DNA of 64,000 bases from an uncultured Martelella sp. (GCA_963676545.2 CAXXRG010000002.1:535990-599989); one strand, 5' to 3'. Shown: positions 9,250 through 20,874, counted from the first letter of the stretch. Notes: generated by a model not told the origin, from the letters alone. Translations and numbers: made by a program.

Positions 9250-9411
9250 CGGGCGGGGATGGCGCGGCAAGAGCGGCTGCGGCAGAGCGGGTGACATTCT
9301 CACTTACTGATGCGGGAATCTTGCAGCAGGGAGCCATAGTCCTGTTTGTGCTGTTTGCAAGTCTGTCTTTCGCAATGTCATCGGTTGAAGAAACGCGTTC
9401 CTCTCCCCGCG

Positions 9412-9441
9412 CGTCGTCCTCGGGCTTGACCCGAGGATCCA
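9412..9441 (+). repeat. CGTC-tagged REP, copy 6 (forward)
   Basis: CGTCGTCCTCGGGCTTGACCCGAGGATCCA. Confidence 0.92.
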
Positions 9442-9508
9442 GGCGACCTGCCGTCGCATCGGCCAGACCGCTCCGACCTCCTCACCCTTTCCAGAGAGAA
9501 CACTCGCC

Positions 9509-10204
9509 ATGCTGACCATCGATAACGTCAATCTTCACTATGGCGCGGCGCAGGCGCTGCGCGGTGTTTCGCTTTCCGCCGAGATGGGCAGGATCACCTG
9601 CGTGCTGGGGCGAAATGGCGTCGGCAAGTCCTCGCTGTTGCGCGCCGTCACCGGCCAGCATCCGACATCGGGCGGTTCCATCACCTTTCAGGGCGAGACG
9701 CTGGACGGGCTGGCGCCCTATCGCCGCGCCAAGCTGGGTGTTGGCTATGTGCCGCAGGGGCGCGAGATTTTTCCGCTGCTGACGGTCCGGGAAAATCTGG
9801 AGACCGGCTTTGCCCCGCTCAAATCGGCCGACAGGAACATTCCTGACGACATCTTCAGCCTGTTTCCGGTGCTGCAGTCCATGCTGTCGCGCCGGGGCGG
9901 CGATTTGTCGGGCGGCCAGCAGCAGCAGCTCGCCATCGGCCGCGCCATGGTGACCCGACCGAAGATTCTCGTCCTGGATGAGCCGACCGAGGGTATCCAG
10001 CCCTCGATCATCAAGGATATCGGCCGGGCGATCCGCTACCTGCGCGATTCAACCGGCATGGCCATTCTGCTCGTCGAGCAATATCTCGATTTCTGCCGCG
10101 AACTGGCCGATCAGGTCTATATCATGGACCGCGGTGAGATCGTGCATGAAGGCCCGGCCGAAACGCTGGATACGCCTGAAGCCCGCCGCCACCTGACGGT
10201 CTGA
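9509..10204 (+). CDS. urtE: Urea ABC transporter ATP-binding protein UrtE
   Basis: GRNGVGKS, YVPQGREIFP, LSGGQQQQLAIGRA, DEPTEGIQPSII. Confidence 0.94.
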   Translation: MLTIDNVNLHYGAAQALRGVSLSAEMGRITCVLGRNGVGKSSLLRAVTGQHPTSGGSITFQGETLDGLAPYRRAKLGVGYVPQGREIFPLLTVRENLETGFAPLKSADRNIPDDIFSLFPVLQSMLSRRGGDLSGGQQQQLAIGRAMVTRPKILVLDEPTEGIQPSIIKDIGRAIRYLRDSTGMAILLVEQYLDFCRELADQVYIMDRGEIVHEGPAETLDTPEARRHLTV

Positions 10205-10336
10205 TGCTTCCGCGCGCAGGCTGCGGAGAAAATGTGCGCGCCGGGCAGGCATCTGCTGCTATTGTGTCCACAAAACCGTGATGCTTGAGACAGGAATGTC
10301 CCGGCTTTCAACGAAAAACAAAATTCATTTCACCGG

Positions 10337-10352
10337 CGGCACGAAACTTGCT
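10337..10352 (+). promoter_or_regulatory. Sigma54 (RpoN) -24/-12 promoter of the ure genes
   Basis: CGGCACGAAACTTGCT vs consensus TGGCACG-N4-TTGCW (one mismatch). Confidence 0.75.
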
Positions 10353-10404
10353 TTTCCTTGTGTGAGTGAAGAATACGAGGACAAACAATGTGCGGTCAGA
10401 GAAA

Positions 10405-11265
10405 ATGCGGCTTGGAGGAAGCGCCCCGCAGGGCGGAGTGGACGTCTTGATCCGAGGCCTGCCGGGACGAGCGCAGCGCACCTTTGGAAGAGGCGAGGTC
10501 AAGGCCAAGCTCTCGGCGGGCAAGACGCGACTTGATGAATTCTATCAGGAGGGCGCTGCCAAGATCCGCATCCCGGAAAGCTATGACGGGTCGATGGAGG
10601 CGGTGCTGATCAACACCTCCGGCGGGCTGACCGGCGGCGACCGGCTGCAATGGGCGATGACGGCGGAGCCCGGCACAGCGCTGACGGTCACCACGCAGGC
10701 TTGCGAGAAGATCTACAAATCCGACAGCGGCCCTGCGACGATCGACAGCGAGTTGCGAGTCGGCGAGGGCGCGCGCCTCGACTGGCTGCCGCAGGAAACC
10801 ATCCTCTTTGACGATGCCTCGCTGCACCGTCGGCTTGATGTCGATCTTGCCGAAACGGCCGAATTTCTGGCTATTGAAGCCGTGCTTCTGGGTCGCAAGG
10901 CCATGGGCGAGGCGGTGCAGCGCGGTCAGTTCCGCGATCGCTGGCGGGTGCGCCGGCAAGGCACGCTGCTTCATGCGGAAGATGTGCGCATGACCGGCGA
11001 CATCGAAAACCTCGTGTCGCAGACAGCGGTGCTTGGCGGCGATGTCGCCTTTGCCACGCTGCTCTATTGCGGCCCGCGCGCCGAGGCGCTGATGCCGAAA
11101 GTGCGTGCGGCGCTTGGCGCTTCGTCCGGCGGTGCGAGCGAGTGGAACGGCAAGCTTGTCGCCCGCGTCGTGGCGCCTGATGGTTACGCATTGAGAAAAA
11201 GCCTGATTCCCGCGCTGAGGGTCTTGCGGGACGGCGAAAATCTGCCGAAAGTCTGGCATCTTTGA
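10405..11265 (+). CDS. ureD: Urease accessory protein UreD
   Basis: INTSGGLTGGD, VTTQACEKIY, DWLPQETILF. Start uncertain; GTG 10366 lies too close to the predicted sigma54 +1. Confidence 0.88.
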   Translation: MRLGGSAPQGGVDVLIRGLPGRAQRTFGRGEVKAKLSAGKTRLDEFYQEGAAKIRIPESYDGSMEAVLINTSGGLTGGDRLQWAMTAEPGTALTVTTQACEKIYKSDSGPATIDSELRVGEGARLDWLPQETILFDDASLHRRLDVDLAETAEFLAIEAVLLGRKAMGEAVQRGQFRDRWRVRRQGTLLHAEDVRMTGDIENLVSQTAVLGGDVAFATLLYCGPRAEALMPKVRAALGASSGGASEWNGKLVARVVAPDGYALRKSLIPALRVLRDGENLPKVWHL

Positions 11266-11298
11266 AATCTGCAAGCTGTGACAGCGAGAGAGTGACGC

Positions 11299-11601
11299 AT
11301 GAACCTGACGCCGCGTGAAAAGGACAAACTGATGATTTCCATGGCCGCCATGGTGGCGCGCCGCAGGCTGGAACGGGGCGTCAAGCTCAACTGGCCGGAA
11401 GCCGTGGCGCTCATCACCGACTACGTGGTCGAAGGCGCGCGCGACGGTCGCCCCGTGGCCGAACTGATGGAAGCCGGCGCCCATGTGCTGACCCGCGACC
11501 AGGTGATGGAAGGCGTGCCGGAAATGATCCACGACGTGCAGGTGGAAGCAACCTTCCCCGACGGCACCAAGCTGGTGACCGTGCACGAGCCGATCAGGTG
11601 A
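11299..11601 (+). CDS. ureA: Urease gamma subunit
   Basis: [11 protein letters not shown]...[20 protein letters not shown]. Confidence 0.97.
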   Translation: MNLTPREKDKLMISMAAMVARRRLERGVKLNWPEAVALITDYVVEGARDGRPVAELMEAGAHVLTRDQVMEGVPEMIHDVQVEATFPDGTKLVTVHEPIR

Positions 11602-11612
11602 GGAGAGACAAG

Positions 11613-11918
11613 ATGATCCCCGGTGAAATGATCCCCGCAGAGGGTGAGATCGAAATCAATGCCGGTCTGCCGACCGTCACCATCACCGTCTCCAATACCG
11701 GAGACCGGCCGGTGCAGGTGGGCAGCCATTACCATTTCTTCGAGGCCAATCCGGCGCTTGCCTTCGAGCGCGACAAGGCGCGCGGCATGCGGCTTGATAT
11801 CGCGGCCGGAACGGCCGTGCGCTTCGAGCCCGGACAGACCCGCGACGTGACGCTGGTGCCCTTTGCCGGCAATCGCAATGTCTATGGTTTCCGCCAGGAA
11901 ATCATGGGCAAGCTCTGA
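11613..11918 (+). CDS. ureB: Urease beta subunit
   Basis: MIPGE...[19 protein letters not shown]...AVRFEPG; RBS GAGGAG. Confidence 0.96.
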   Translation: MIPGEMIPAEGEIEINAGLPTVTITVSNTGDRPVQVGSHYHFFEANPALAFERDKARGMRLDIAAGTAVRFEPGQTRDVTLVPFAGNRNVYGFRQEIMGKL

Positions 11919-12025
11919 GCCCTTTTTGATGCAGGCCCGCCGCCGCAATGTTGTCAGTGGCGCGGGCGTTTGACCAAGCCCTTTTGAGGCGCCGCCCGCG
12001 CCGCCGAACCCGCCAGGAGGAATTC

Positions 12026-13738
<1,713 letters not shown>

Positions 13739-13792
13739 GGTGTGATGGGAAAAGGCCCGGCAGCGGGCCTTCGTTCCGTTCGGGGGCTAAGC

Positions 13793-14401
13793 ATGACTGC
13801 ATGGGAATTGTTCATACCCGCCTGTTTTGCGCTCAACTGCGCGCCGGGACCGAACAATATGCTGGCTTTTTCCAACGGGGCGCGGCTGGGCGCAACGCAC
13901 GCCCTTCTGGGCGGCATGGGGCGGATGCCGGCCTTTGCCTTTCTGATCGCGATCACGGTCGCGGGGCTCGGGGCCATCCTGGCCGCTTCGGCCACTGCCT
14001 TTCTGGTGATCAAGATCATCGGCGCGATCTATCTCGTCTATGTCGGCATCCAGATCCTCATGAAGGCGAGGGCCCTGGCCGAGATGCAGGCGCTGGACGC
14101 CAGCATTGCGGCGCTGATGCGGCGCGATTTCTCGATCGCGATCACCAATCCGAAGGCGATCGCGATCTTCACCGCCTTCTTTCCGCAGTTCATCGTCGAG
14201 GGCGCACCGATCTGGCCGCAGCTGGCCGTCATGGGCCTTGCCTTTCTCGTGATGGAGGTTGTCGCTGTCTGCCTCTATGTCGCCGGCGGCGCCTTGCTCG
14301 GGCGGTTCATCACCTCCAATCGGGTCTTCGTTCAGCTCAACCGTGTTGTCGGCGCGGCGCTGATCTTCGCAGGCGGCTCCATGGCGCTTTCACGCCATTG
14401 A
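13793..14401 (+). CDS. LysE/RhtB family translocator
   Basis: APGPNNML, ITNPKAI motifs; hydrophobic. Confidence 0.85.
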   Translation: MTAWELFIPACFALNCAPGPNNMLAFSNGARLGATHALLGGMGRMPAFAFLIAITVAGLGAILAASATAFLVIKIIGAIYLVYVGIQILMKARALAEMQALDASIAALMRRDFSIAITNPKAIAIFTAFFPQFIVEGAPIWPQLAVMGLAFLVMEVVAVCLYVAGGALLGRFITSNRVFVQLNRVVGAALIFAGGSMALSRH

Positions 14402-14533
14402 GCGAAATATCGAACCGGGTGCGGCGGAATGACGCAGCACGGTTGGGTTGAACCTGAACTGACCGCTATCACATTGAAACTGCTTGGGAGGCGAGGGGCG
14501 TTTGCCATGCGTTATGCGCATGGCAGGTATCAG

Positions 14534-14550
14534 ATTGGAATAATTCTAAG
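14534..14550. promoter_or_regulatory. Irr box (ICE)-like motif upstream of peroxiredoxin
   Basis: ATTGGAATAATTCTAAG matches TTTRGAAYNRTTCYAAA at 15/17. Confidence 0.5.
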
Positions 14551-14645
14551 TTTTGACCTTTATTCCGATTTGAAAATTGATAAAATCCCTCAACCTTTCC
14601 AAGACAGAATTCCTTCCCAAGGGTTGAAGATAACAGGAGATTGAG

Positions 14646-15185
14646 ATGATCGGCCGCAAAGTTCCGAACGTAACCTTCCGCACGCGTGTTCGCGATGAAA
14701 ACATCGAAGGCCCGAACCCGTTCCGCTGGCAGGACATGACCTCGGACGATTACTTCAAGGGCAAGCGCGTCATTCTGTTCTCGCTGCCCGGCGCCTTTAC
14801 CCCGACCTGCTCGACCTACCAGCTGCCCGATTTCGAAAAGCTCTTTCCCGAGTTTCAGGCGCAGGGTATTGACGACATCTACTGCATGTCGGTCAACGAC
14901 GCCTTCGTCATGAACGCCTGGGCCAAGGGGCAGAGCCTTGAGCACGTCAAGGTCATCCCGGATGGTTCCGGCGAGTTCACCCGCAAGATGGGCATGCTGG
15001 TCAACAAGGACAATCTCGGCTTCGGCATGCGCTCCTGGCGCTACGCCGCCATCATCAATGACGGCGTCGTTGAAAAATGGTTCGAGGAAGAAGGCTTCTC
15101 CGACCTGTGCGAGACCGACCCCTACGGCGTCTCCTCGCCGCAGAACATCCTCGAAAGCCTCAAGGGCGAAGCCAAGGCCGCCTGA
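14646..15185 (+). CDS. Peroxiredoxin (Prx5 type)
   Basis: LPGAFTPTCS, SVNDAFVMNAW, GFGMRSWRY. Confidence 0.92.
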   Translation: MIGRKVPNVTFRTRVRDENIEGPNPFRWQDMTSDDYFKGKRVILFSLPGAFTPTCSTYQLPDFEKLFPEFQAQGIDDIYCMSVNDAFVMNAWAKGQSLEHVKVIPDGSGEFTRKMGMLVNKDNLGFGMRSWRYAAIINDGVVEKWFEEEGFSDLCETDPYGVSSPQNILESLKGEAKAA

Positions 15186-15217
15186 GGCCGGGTGCACCTA
15201 TCGTTCAAATGCGTGCC

Positions 15218-15246
15218 AGGCGGTCGGTTTTCCGGCCGCCTTTTTC
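15218..15246 (+). terminator. Rho-independent terminator between convergent genes
   Basis: AGGCGGTCGG-TTTT-CCGGCCGCCT followed by a T-run. Confidence 0.75.
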
Positions 15247-15253
15247 GTGTGCC

Positions 15254-16192
15254 CTAATCGAACACGATCCGCGGGAAATAGAACGACACCACCCAGTTGG
15301 GCACGTCGACGATTTCGCTGATCTTCAGGTCGCCGGCGACCGAGCAGAGCATGTAGGCGTCTGCCGGGTCGAGATTGCGGGTTTTCGCCAGATGCTCGAT
15401 CATGTTGGAGACTGCCGCGCGGGCCGCCTCCATCAGATCGGGACCGATGCCGGTGGTCACCTCGTAGCCCGCGCCGTCGAGATGGCGCGCAATCGGGCCG
15501 GGGGTGACGAAATGCGGCGTTTTCGGCGCTGCGCCCTTCACCACCTCCACGGTGACGGAGACGTCCTTGGCGCTTTCGATCGCCGTGCCGCAGACCTCGC
15601 CGTCGCCCTGGGCGGCGTGGGTGTCGCCGATGGAGAGCAACGCGCCTTCGACCTCGACCGGCAGATAAAGCGTCGTTCCGGCGGCAATGTCGCGGATATC
15701 CATATTGCCGCCGACCCGGCGGGGCGGGATGACGGTATGGTTGCCGGGCTCGGCCAACGCCACGCCGATCGTGCCGATGAACGGGCGGAGCGGCAGGCGC
15801 GCCGAGGGGCTGAAAACGGCGGGCTTCGAGATATCCGTCTCGTAGTCCCAGAGTTTCAGCCTCGGCTCTGAAAACTGGTCGGCCAGAAGGCCAAAGCCCG
15901 GAATGATAGCCGTCCAGCCAAAGCCTGAAGGCGCGAATTCATTGATGGTAACCTTCAGCGCATCGCCGGGCCTTGCGCCTTCGACATAGAGCGGACCCGT
16001 CAGCGGATTGGCCTTGCCGGGCTCGGCGGTCAGAATATCGGCTGCCGTGCTCTGCGGGCCGTAATGTCCGTTGCCGGCGTCGCGGCAGGCAAAGGCGATC
16101 GTCTCGCCGGACCGGGCGACAAGAACCGGCTCGAGCGACCGGTCCCAGCCGAGATGGCCCTGATGATCGTGGATCGTGTGCGTGCATTTCAT
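15254..16192 (-). CDS. Acetamidase/formamidase family protein
   Basis: NPLTGPLYVEGARPGD, GGNMD, GDTHAAQGDGEVCGTAIE. Confidence 0.92.
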   Translation of the reverse strand: MKCTHTIHDHQGHLGWDRSLEPVLVARSGETIAFACRDAGNGHYGPQSTAADILTAEPGKANPLTGPLYVEGARPGDALKVTINEFAPSGFGWTAIIPGFGLLADQFSEPRLKLWDYETDISKPAVFSPSARLPLRPFIGTIGVALAEPGNHTVIPPRRVGGNMDIRDIAAGTTLYLPVEVEGALLSIGDTHAAQGDGEVCGTAIESAKDVSVTVEVVKGAAPKTPHFVTPGPIARHLDGAGYEVTTGIGPDLMEAARAAVSNMIEHLAKTRNLDPADAYMLCSVAGDLKISEIVDVPNWVVSFYFPRIVFD

Positions 16193-16210
16193 CGGCTTTC
16201 TCCCGGCTCG

Positions 16211-17011
16211 TCACGCGCGGTCGCCGGGGCGATCCGGCTTGCGCAAGGCGTTCAGGCGTTCGCGCTCAAGCATGTAAGCCTCGGCCTCGATCATATGTTC
16301 CGCCATGATGGCGCGCGCCTTCGCCGCGTCCCTGGCGCTGATCGCCTTGATGAGTTCGATCTGGTAGAAAATGCCGGTCTCGCGCAGGCCCGGATTGCGC
16401 TCTTCATAGATGGCCCGGCAAACCGGAAGATCGCGCAGAAGGTTGAGCAGAAGACCGCAGGCAAAGCCCAGAACCGGGTTTTGCGCATGGCGGGCAAGCT
16501 CGGCATGAAAGTCGAGTTCGGCGAGACGCTGAATATATTCGTCTTCAGCCGTTTTGGCCTCACCCGCGTAGAGCCTGATCTTGTCCTGCAGCGTCTTGAT
16601 GGCGGATGCCGGCAGATAGAGGGCGGCATCGGCGGCAAGCTCGGGCTCCAGCGTCTTGCGCAGCGCGTAGATGTCGGCAATCGACGGCGGCGCCTGCAGG
16701 AACAGGCTGGTCACCGTCTGGATCGCTTCCGCCGGCTGTACGGCGCGGATGAAAATGCCGCCGCCCGGTCCCGTCTTCGAGGCAATCAGTCCCTGGAATT
16801 CAAGGATTTTCAACGCCTCGCGCACGGTGCCGCGCGACGCGCGCAGGGCATCTTCCTCCAGCCATTCGGTCGGCAGGCGGTCACCGGGCTTCAGGTCCGC
16901 GTCGATCATCCGCTCGCGCAGCATGTCGGCAATCACATCGGGGCGCTTGCGCTTCTTCTCCGCGAAGGGCGGGCCGAAGGCCTGCCGGCTTTCAAGACTG
17001 GTGTTGCTCAT
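16211..17011 (-). CDS. GntR/FadR family transcriptional regulator (FCD domain)
   Basis: LKPGDRLPTE...SRGTVREALKILE...GPGGG; DFHAELA. Confidence 0.88.
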   Translation of the reverse strand: MSNTSLESRQAFGPPFAEKKRKRPDVIADMLRERMIDADLKPGDRLPTEWLEEDALRASRGTVREALKILEFQGLIASKTGPGGGIFIRAVQPAEAIQTVTSLFLQAPPSIADIYALRKTLEPELAADAALYLPASAIKTLQDKIRLYAGEAKTAEDEYIQRLAELDFHAELARHAQNPVLGFACGLLLNLLRDLPVCRAIYEERNPGLRETGIFYQIELIKAISARDAAKARAIMAEHMIEAEAYMLERERLNALRKPDRPGDRA

Positions 17012-17997
17012 GCCGTCCTTTTCGTCATCGGGTGGAAGCAGGCTGCCTTGTGGCCCTCTTCCCCCATCGCCTCGTCGATCGGCGGAACGGAGCGCTGGCA
17101 TGCGTCCGTTCCGTTGGGACAGCGAGCAAAGAAGGCGCAGCCCGGCGGCGGATTGTAAGGGTCGGGCAGTTCGGCTTCCCGGTCACCGCCGGAAACAGCC
17201 TTTCTGCCGGGCGCCGGGGCGGAATTCAACAACAAATGCGTGTAGGGGTGAAGCGCGCCGGAAAACACCTGATCGCGCGCGCCGAGTTCGACGATCCGCC
17301 CGAAATACATCACCGCTACCCGGTCGGAGATCGATTCCACCACGGAGAGATCGTGGGAAATGAACAGGTAAGTGAGGCCGAAACGGGCCTTCAGGTCGTC
17401 CAGGATATTGAGCACCTGCGCCTGCACCGAGACATCGAGCGCGGAGACCGGCTCGTCGAGCACGATCACCTCCGGGTTTGCGGCAAGCGCGCGGGCTATA
17501 CCGATGCGTTGGGCCTGGCCGCCGGAGAATTCATGCGGGTAGCGGTCAAGAAATTCCGGCGCGAGGTTGACGGCGTTCATCAGCTCCTCGAGCCGTTTCC
17601 CGCGCTCGGCCTTGTTGAGCTTCAGAAGGTGGATGAGCGGCGCTTCGAGGATGGTGCGGATCTTCTTGCGCGGGTTGAGCGAGGAGACGGGATCCTGAAA
17701 CACATATTGCACCTGCCGTGCCAGCGCGCGCGGGTTCTTGCGTGCCTCCTCGGCCAGGTCCTTGCCCTCGAAGGTGATCGTTCCGCCCGTCGGCACGTCA
17801 AGGCCGGAAAGCAGGCGGGCGAGCGTGGATTTGCCGCAGCCCGATTCGCCGACAATGCCGAGCGTTTCGCCTTTCTTCACATCGATGGTCACATCCTGCA
17901 CGGCATGAACGGCCGGCAGCTTCCTGCCAAACAGCGTCTTGCCGCCGCCGAACGTGCGCTCCGCCCGGTCGATTGCGATCAACACATCTTCAGCCAT
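17008..17997 (-). CDS. Oligo/dipeptide ABC ATP-binding protein (OppF/DppF type)
   Basis: GESGCGKST, YPHEFSGGQAQRIGIARA, DEPVSALDVSVQAQ, C-terminal GCAFFARCP. Confidence 0.92.
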   Translation of the reverse strand: MAEDVLIAIDRAERTFGGGKTLFGRKLPAVHAVQDVTIDVKKGETLGIVGESGCGKSTLARLLSGLDVPTGGTITFEGKDLAEEARKNPRALARQVQYVFQDPVSSLNPRKKIRTILEAPLIHLLKLNKAERGKRLEELMNAVNLAPEFLDRYPHEFSGGQAQRIGIARALAANPEVIVLDEPVSALDVSVQAQVLNILDDLKARFGLTYLFISHDLSVVESISDRVAVMYFGRIVELGARDQVFSGALHPYTHLLLNSAPAPGRKAVSGGDREAELPDPYNPPPGCAFFARCPNGTDACQRSVPPIDEAMGEEGHKAACFHPMTKRTA

Positions 17998-19930
17998 CGG
18001 CAGTCTCCCTGTTGAGCGGATGGAGGCAGCGCACGCCGCGCTCCTCGCCAAGCGCGGTCATGGCTATGTCGCCGCTGCGACAGTCCTCCTGCACGAAGGG
18101 ACAGCGGTCGGCGAAGGCGCAGCCGTCCGGCAGGTTGTTGACCACCGGCGGACGACCCTCGATCGCATCGAGCCGGCGGTCGGGTTCGCCCAGCACCGGC
18201 ACGCACTCGATCAGCTTGGCCGTATAGGGATGGGCCGGACGGTCGAGGATTTCCTCGGTCGTGCCGGTCTCCACGATCCGCCCGGCATACATCACCGCAA
18301 CCCGGTCGCAGATCGCCGACACCACGCCAAAATCATGGGTGATGAACAGGATCGCGGTGTTGCGCTCCTTGCGCAGCCCGTTCATCAGTTCCAGGATCTG
18401 CGCCTGCACGGTGACATCAAGGGCGGTTGTCGGCTCGTCGGCGATAATCACCTTGGCATCATTGGCAAGCGCCATGGCAATGGAGATGCGCTGGCGCATG
18501 CCGCCCGACAACTCATGCGGAAAGGCCTTCAGCCGCTCGCCGGCATTGGGAATGCGGACCGATTCCAGAAGCGCCGTCGCCTTTTCGCGGGCCGCCCTTC
18601 TGGAAAGCGGCTGGTGCGCCTGGATTGCTTCGATCAGCTGGTCACCGACGGTAAAGAGCGGATGCAGCGTGGAGAGCGGGTCCTGAAACACGTGGCTGAC
18701 ATCGCCGCCGCGCAGCTGGCGAATGCGCTCGTCGCTTGCGGCAAAAAGATCTTCACCGTCGAGCCAGGCAGCACCGCCGGCAATGCGTCCGGGCGGAGTC
18801 GGCACAAGCCCCATCAGCGACATGGCGGTGACTGACTTGCCGGAGCCGGATTCACCCACAAGTCCGACGCACTCGCCCTGGCGCATGTGGAGGTCGACGC
18901 CGCCGACGGCCTTGTAAATGCTGCCGCCGATATGGAATTCGGTACGCATCTCCTGGACGTCGAGCACGGTTTGCGGTTTCTGGCCGCGCTCGGGTACGCT
19001 CTCGCGCTTGACCGCAGTACGCGCACCGGGACGCGCCAGCGCACCGGATTTCAGCCTCGGGTCGAGCACATCGCGAATGCCATCGCCGAGGAGGTTGATG
19101 CTCATGACGAGGGCGAAGATCATCAGGCCCGGCACCATCGAAACATAGGCATCGGTAAACAGCACCTTGCGGCCATCCCCCAGCATGGAGCCGAGATCGG
19201 CCTGCGGCGGCTGGGCGCCGAGACCGAGGAAGGAAAGCCCCGCCGTTTCCAGGATCATCCAGCCGATCGTGGTCGACATGGTGATGATGATCACCGGCAG
19301 AACATTCGGCAGAACCTCGCCGAACAGGATGGAGAAATGCGATTTGCCGGAAAGCCGCGCCGCATCGACGAATTCCCGGCGTGATAGACCGAGCGTCATG
19401 CCGCGAATATTACGGGCGAAGAACGGGATATTGACCACGGCGATGGCATAGAGGGCGTTCAACAGGCCGGGACCGAGAACGGCGACGATTGCGAGCGCCA
19501 GCAAGATGTAGGGGAAGGCCATGACCATATCGACGCCGCGCATCAGAATGTTGTCGGTGCGGCCTCCGGCATAGCCAGCGACAAGCCCGATCAGCGAGCC
19601 GAAGAACGCCGCGATCAGCGTCGCCGAAACGCCGACGGCAAGGCTGACGCGGGTGCCCCAGATGAGGCGCGAGAGAAGATCGCGGCCGAGCGCATCGGTG
19701 CCCAGAAGATGGGCTTCGGTCAATGGCGGCGACAGACGCACGGACGGATCCGTCACATTCGGCGGCTGCAGCGGCAGGATGGGGGCTGCCAGCGCGATGA
19801 CGACGATGATGGCGAAGACGATCAGCCCGCCGGTCGCCAGCGTGTTGTTGAACAAGAGCTTGAAGGCGCTCGGGCGGTCGCTCTTTTTCGTCTTTTTGCG
19901 CGGCGCGCTGTCTGCGGTGGCATCGGTCAT
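17990..19930 (-). CDS. Fused peptide ABC permease (DppC type) + ATPase (DppD type)
   Basis: LGTDALGRDLLSRL and EAA loop, then GESGSGKS, FPHELSGGMRQR in one 646-aa ORF. Confidence 0.9.
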   Translation of the reverse strand: MTDATADSAPRKKTKKSDRPSAFKLLFNNTLATGGLIVFAIIVVIALAAPILPLQPPNVTDPSVRLSPPLTEAHLLGTDALGRDLLSRLIWGTRVSLAVGVSATLIAAFFGSLIGLVAGYAGGRTDNILMRGVDMVMAFPYILLALAIVAVLGPGLLNALYAIAVVNIPFFARNIRGMTLGLSRREFVDAARLSGKSHFSILFGEVLPNVLPVIIITMSTTIGWMILETAGLSFLGLGAQPPQADLGSMLGDGRKVLFTDAYVSMVPGLMIFALVMSINLLGDGIRDVLDPRLKSGALARPGARTAVKRESVPERGQKPQTVLDVQEMRTEFHIGGSIYKAVGGVDLHMRQGECVGLVGESGSGKSVTAMSLMGLVPTPPGRIAGGAAWLDGEDLFAASDERIRQLRGGDVSHVFQDPLSTLHPLFTVGDQLIEAIQAHQPLSRRAAREKATALLESVRIPNAGERLKAFPHELSGGMRQRISIAMALANDAKVIIADEPTTALDVTVQAQILELMNGLRKERNTAILFITHDFGVVSAICDRVAVMYAGRIVETGTTEEILDRPAHPYTAKLIECVPVLGEPDRRLDAIEGRPPVVNNLPDGCAFADRCPFVQEDCRSGDIAMTALGEERGVRCLHPLNRETADG

Positions 19931-20874
19931 CAGCGCAACCTCGGGTCAAGCATGGTCTGGACGACATCGGCGACCAGATTGAACAGCACATAGGCAGCCG
20001 CGACGATCAGTACGCCGCCCTGAACCGTCAGCAGGTCGCGGGTGGAAATCGCGGTTACCAGCATCGAGCCGATGCCCGGCCACTGGAACACGGTCTCGAT
20101 ATAAACCGCGCCGCCGAGCACGAAACCCGCCTGAATGCCGAGCACGGGGATGACCGAGACGAGTGCCGCCTTGAAGGCGTGGCGCATGATCACCCGGCGC
20201 TCCTTCAGCCCCTTGGCGCGGGCGGTGCGGATATAGTCCTGGCGCAGCACTTCCAGCATTGAAGTGCGCGTCAGCCGGGCGACAACGCCGGTTGCCACCA
20301 CGGAGAGGGTGAAGGCCGGCAGGATCAGATGTTTCAAAAGATCGATCGGGCCGCCGCCGCCGTAGATCGCATACATGCCGCTTGCCGGCAGCCATTGCAG
20401 CTTGACGGCGAACAGCAGGATCAACAGCAGGCCGAGCCAGAAGGAGGGGATGGAAATGCCGATCAGCACGAAGAAGGTGACCAGCTTGTCGGTCAGCCCA
20501 TACTGGCGCACCGCCGAGACGATGCCGGCCAGAAGGCCGAGGATGGAACAGAGAATGAGTGAGGTACCGGCCAGGATCAGCGTGTTGCCGAAACGCTCGG
20601 TGATGATGTCGATGACCGGGCGGTTCTGGGTGTAGGAACGGCCGAAATCGCCGTGGAGAATATTGCCGAGCCAGATGAAATATTGCTGCACCAGCGGCTT
20701 GTCGAGGCCGAGCGCCTTGTTGACGCGGTCGACATTTTCCGGCGTGGCATAGGAGCCGAGGATCGCGGTTGCCGGATCGCCGGGGATCATCGCCATGATG
20801 GCGAAGACGATGACGGTCAGGCCGAGAAGGACCGGTATGACGGTCAATAGCCGCCTGAGGATATAGTGTGCCAT
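19930..20874 (-). CDS. Peptide ABC permease (DppB/OppB type)
   Basis: PGDPA, GDFGRS, DYIRTARAKGL, ETVFQWPGIG. Confidence 0.92.
   Translation of the reverse strand: MAHYILRRLLTVIPVLLGLTVIVFAIMAMIPGDPATAILGSYATPENVDRVNKALGLDKPLVQQYFIWLGNILHGDFGRSYTQNRPVIDIITERFGNTLILAGTSLILCSILGLLAGIVSAVRQYGLTDKLVTFFVLIGISIPSFWLGLLLILLFAVKLQWLPASGMYAIYGGGGPIDLLKHLILPAFTLSVVATGVVARLTRTSMLEVLRQDYIRTARAKGLKERRVIMRHAFKAALVSVIPVLGIQAGFVLGGAVYIETVFQWPGIGSMLVTAISTRDLLTVQGGVLIVAAAYVLFNLVADVVQTMLDPRLR

Noticed and set aside
8755-9441. CRISPR array interpretation of the four 30-nt repeats
   Set aside because: Repeats alternate in orientation, spacers are 90-315 nt, copies are dispersed through the window and no cas genes are present; this is REP/BIME-like.
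8740-9460. Target-site duplication around the REP-nuclease array
   Set aside because: No direct repeat found at either the inner or outer boundaries, so classical DDE transposition is not supported.
8715-9515. 266-aa minus-strand ORF, plus similar ORFs at 3312-3509, 3410-3607, 21122-21310 and 45422-45835
   Set aside because: Recurrent peptides (LDPRVKPEDD, SSSGLTRGS, VILGLDPRI) are translations of the REP itself; no coding evidence.
17990-19930. Permease-ATPase fusion as a novelty or sequencing artefact
   Set aside because: The frame is continuous and such fusions are known among peptide ABC systems.
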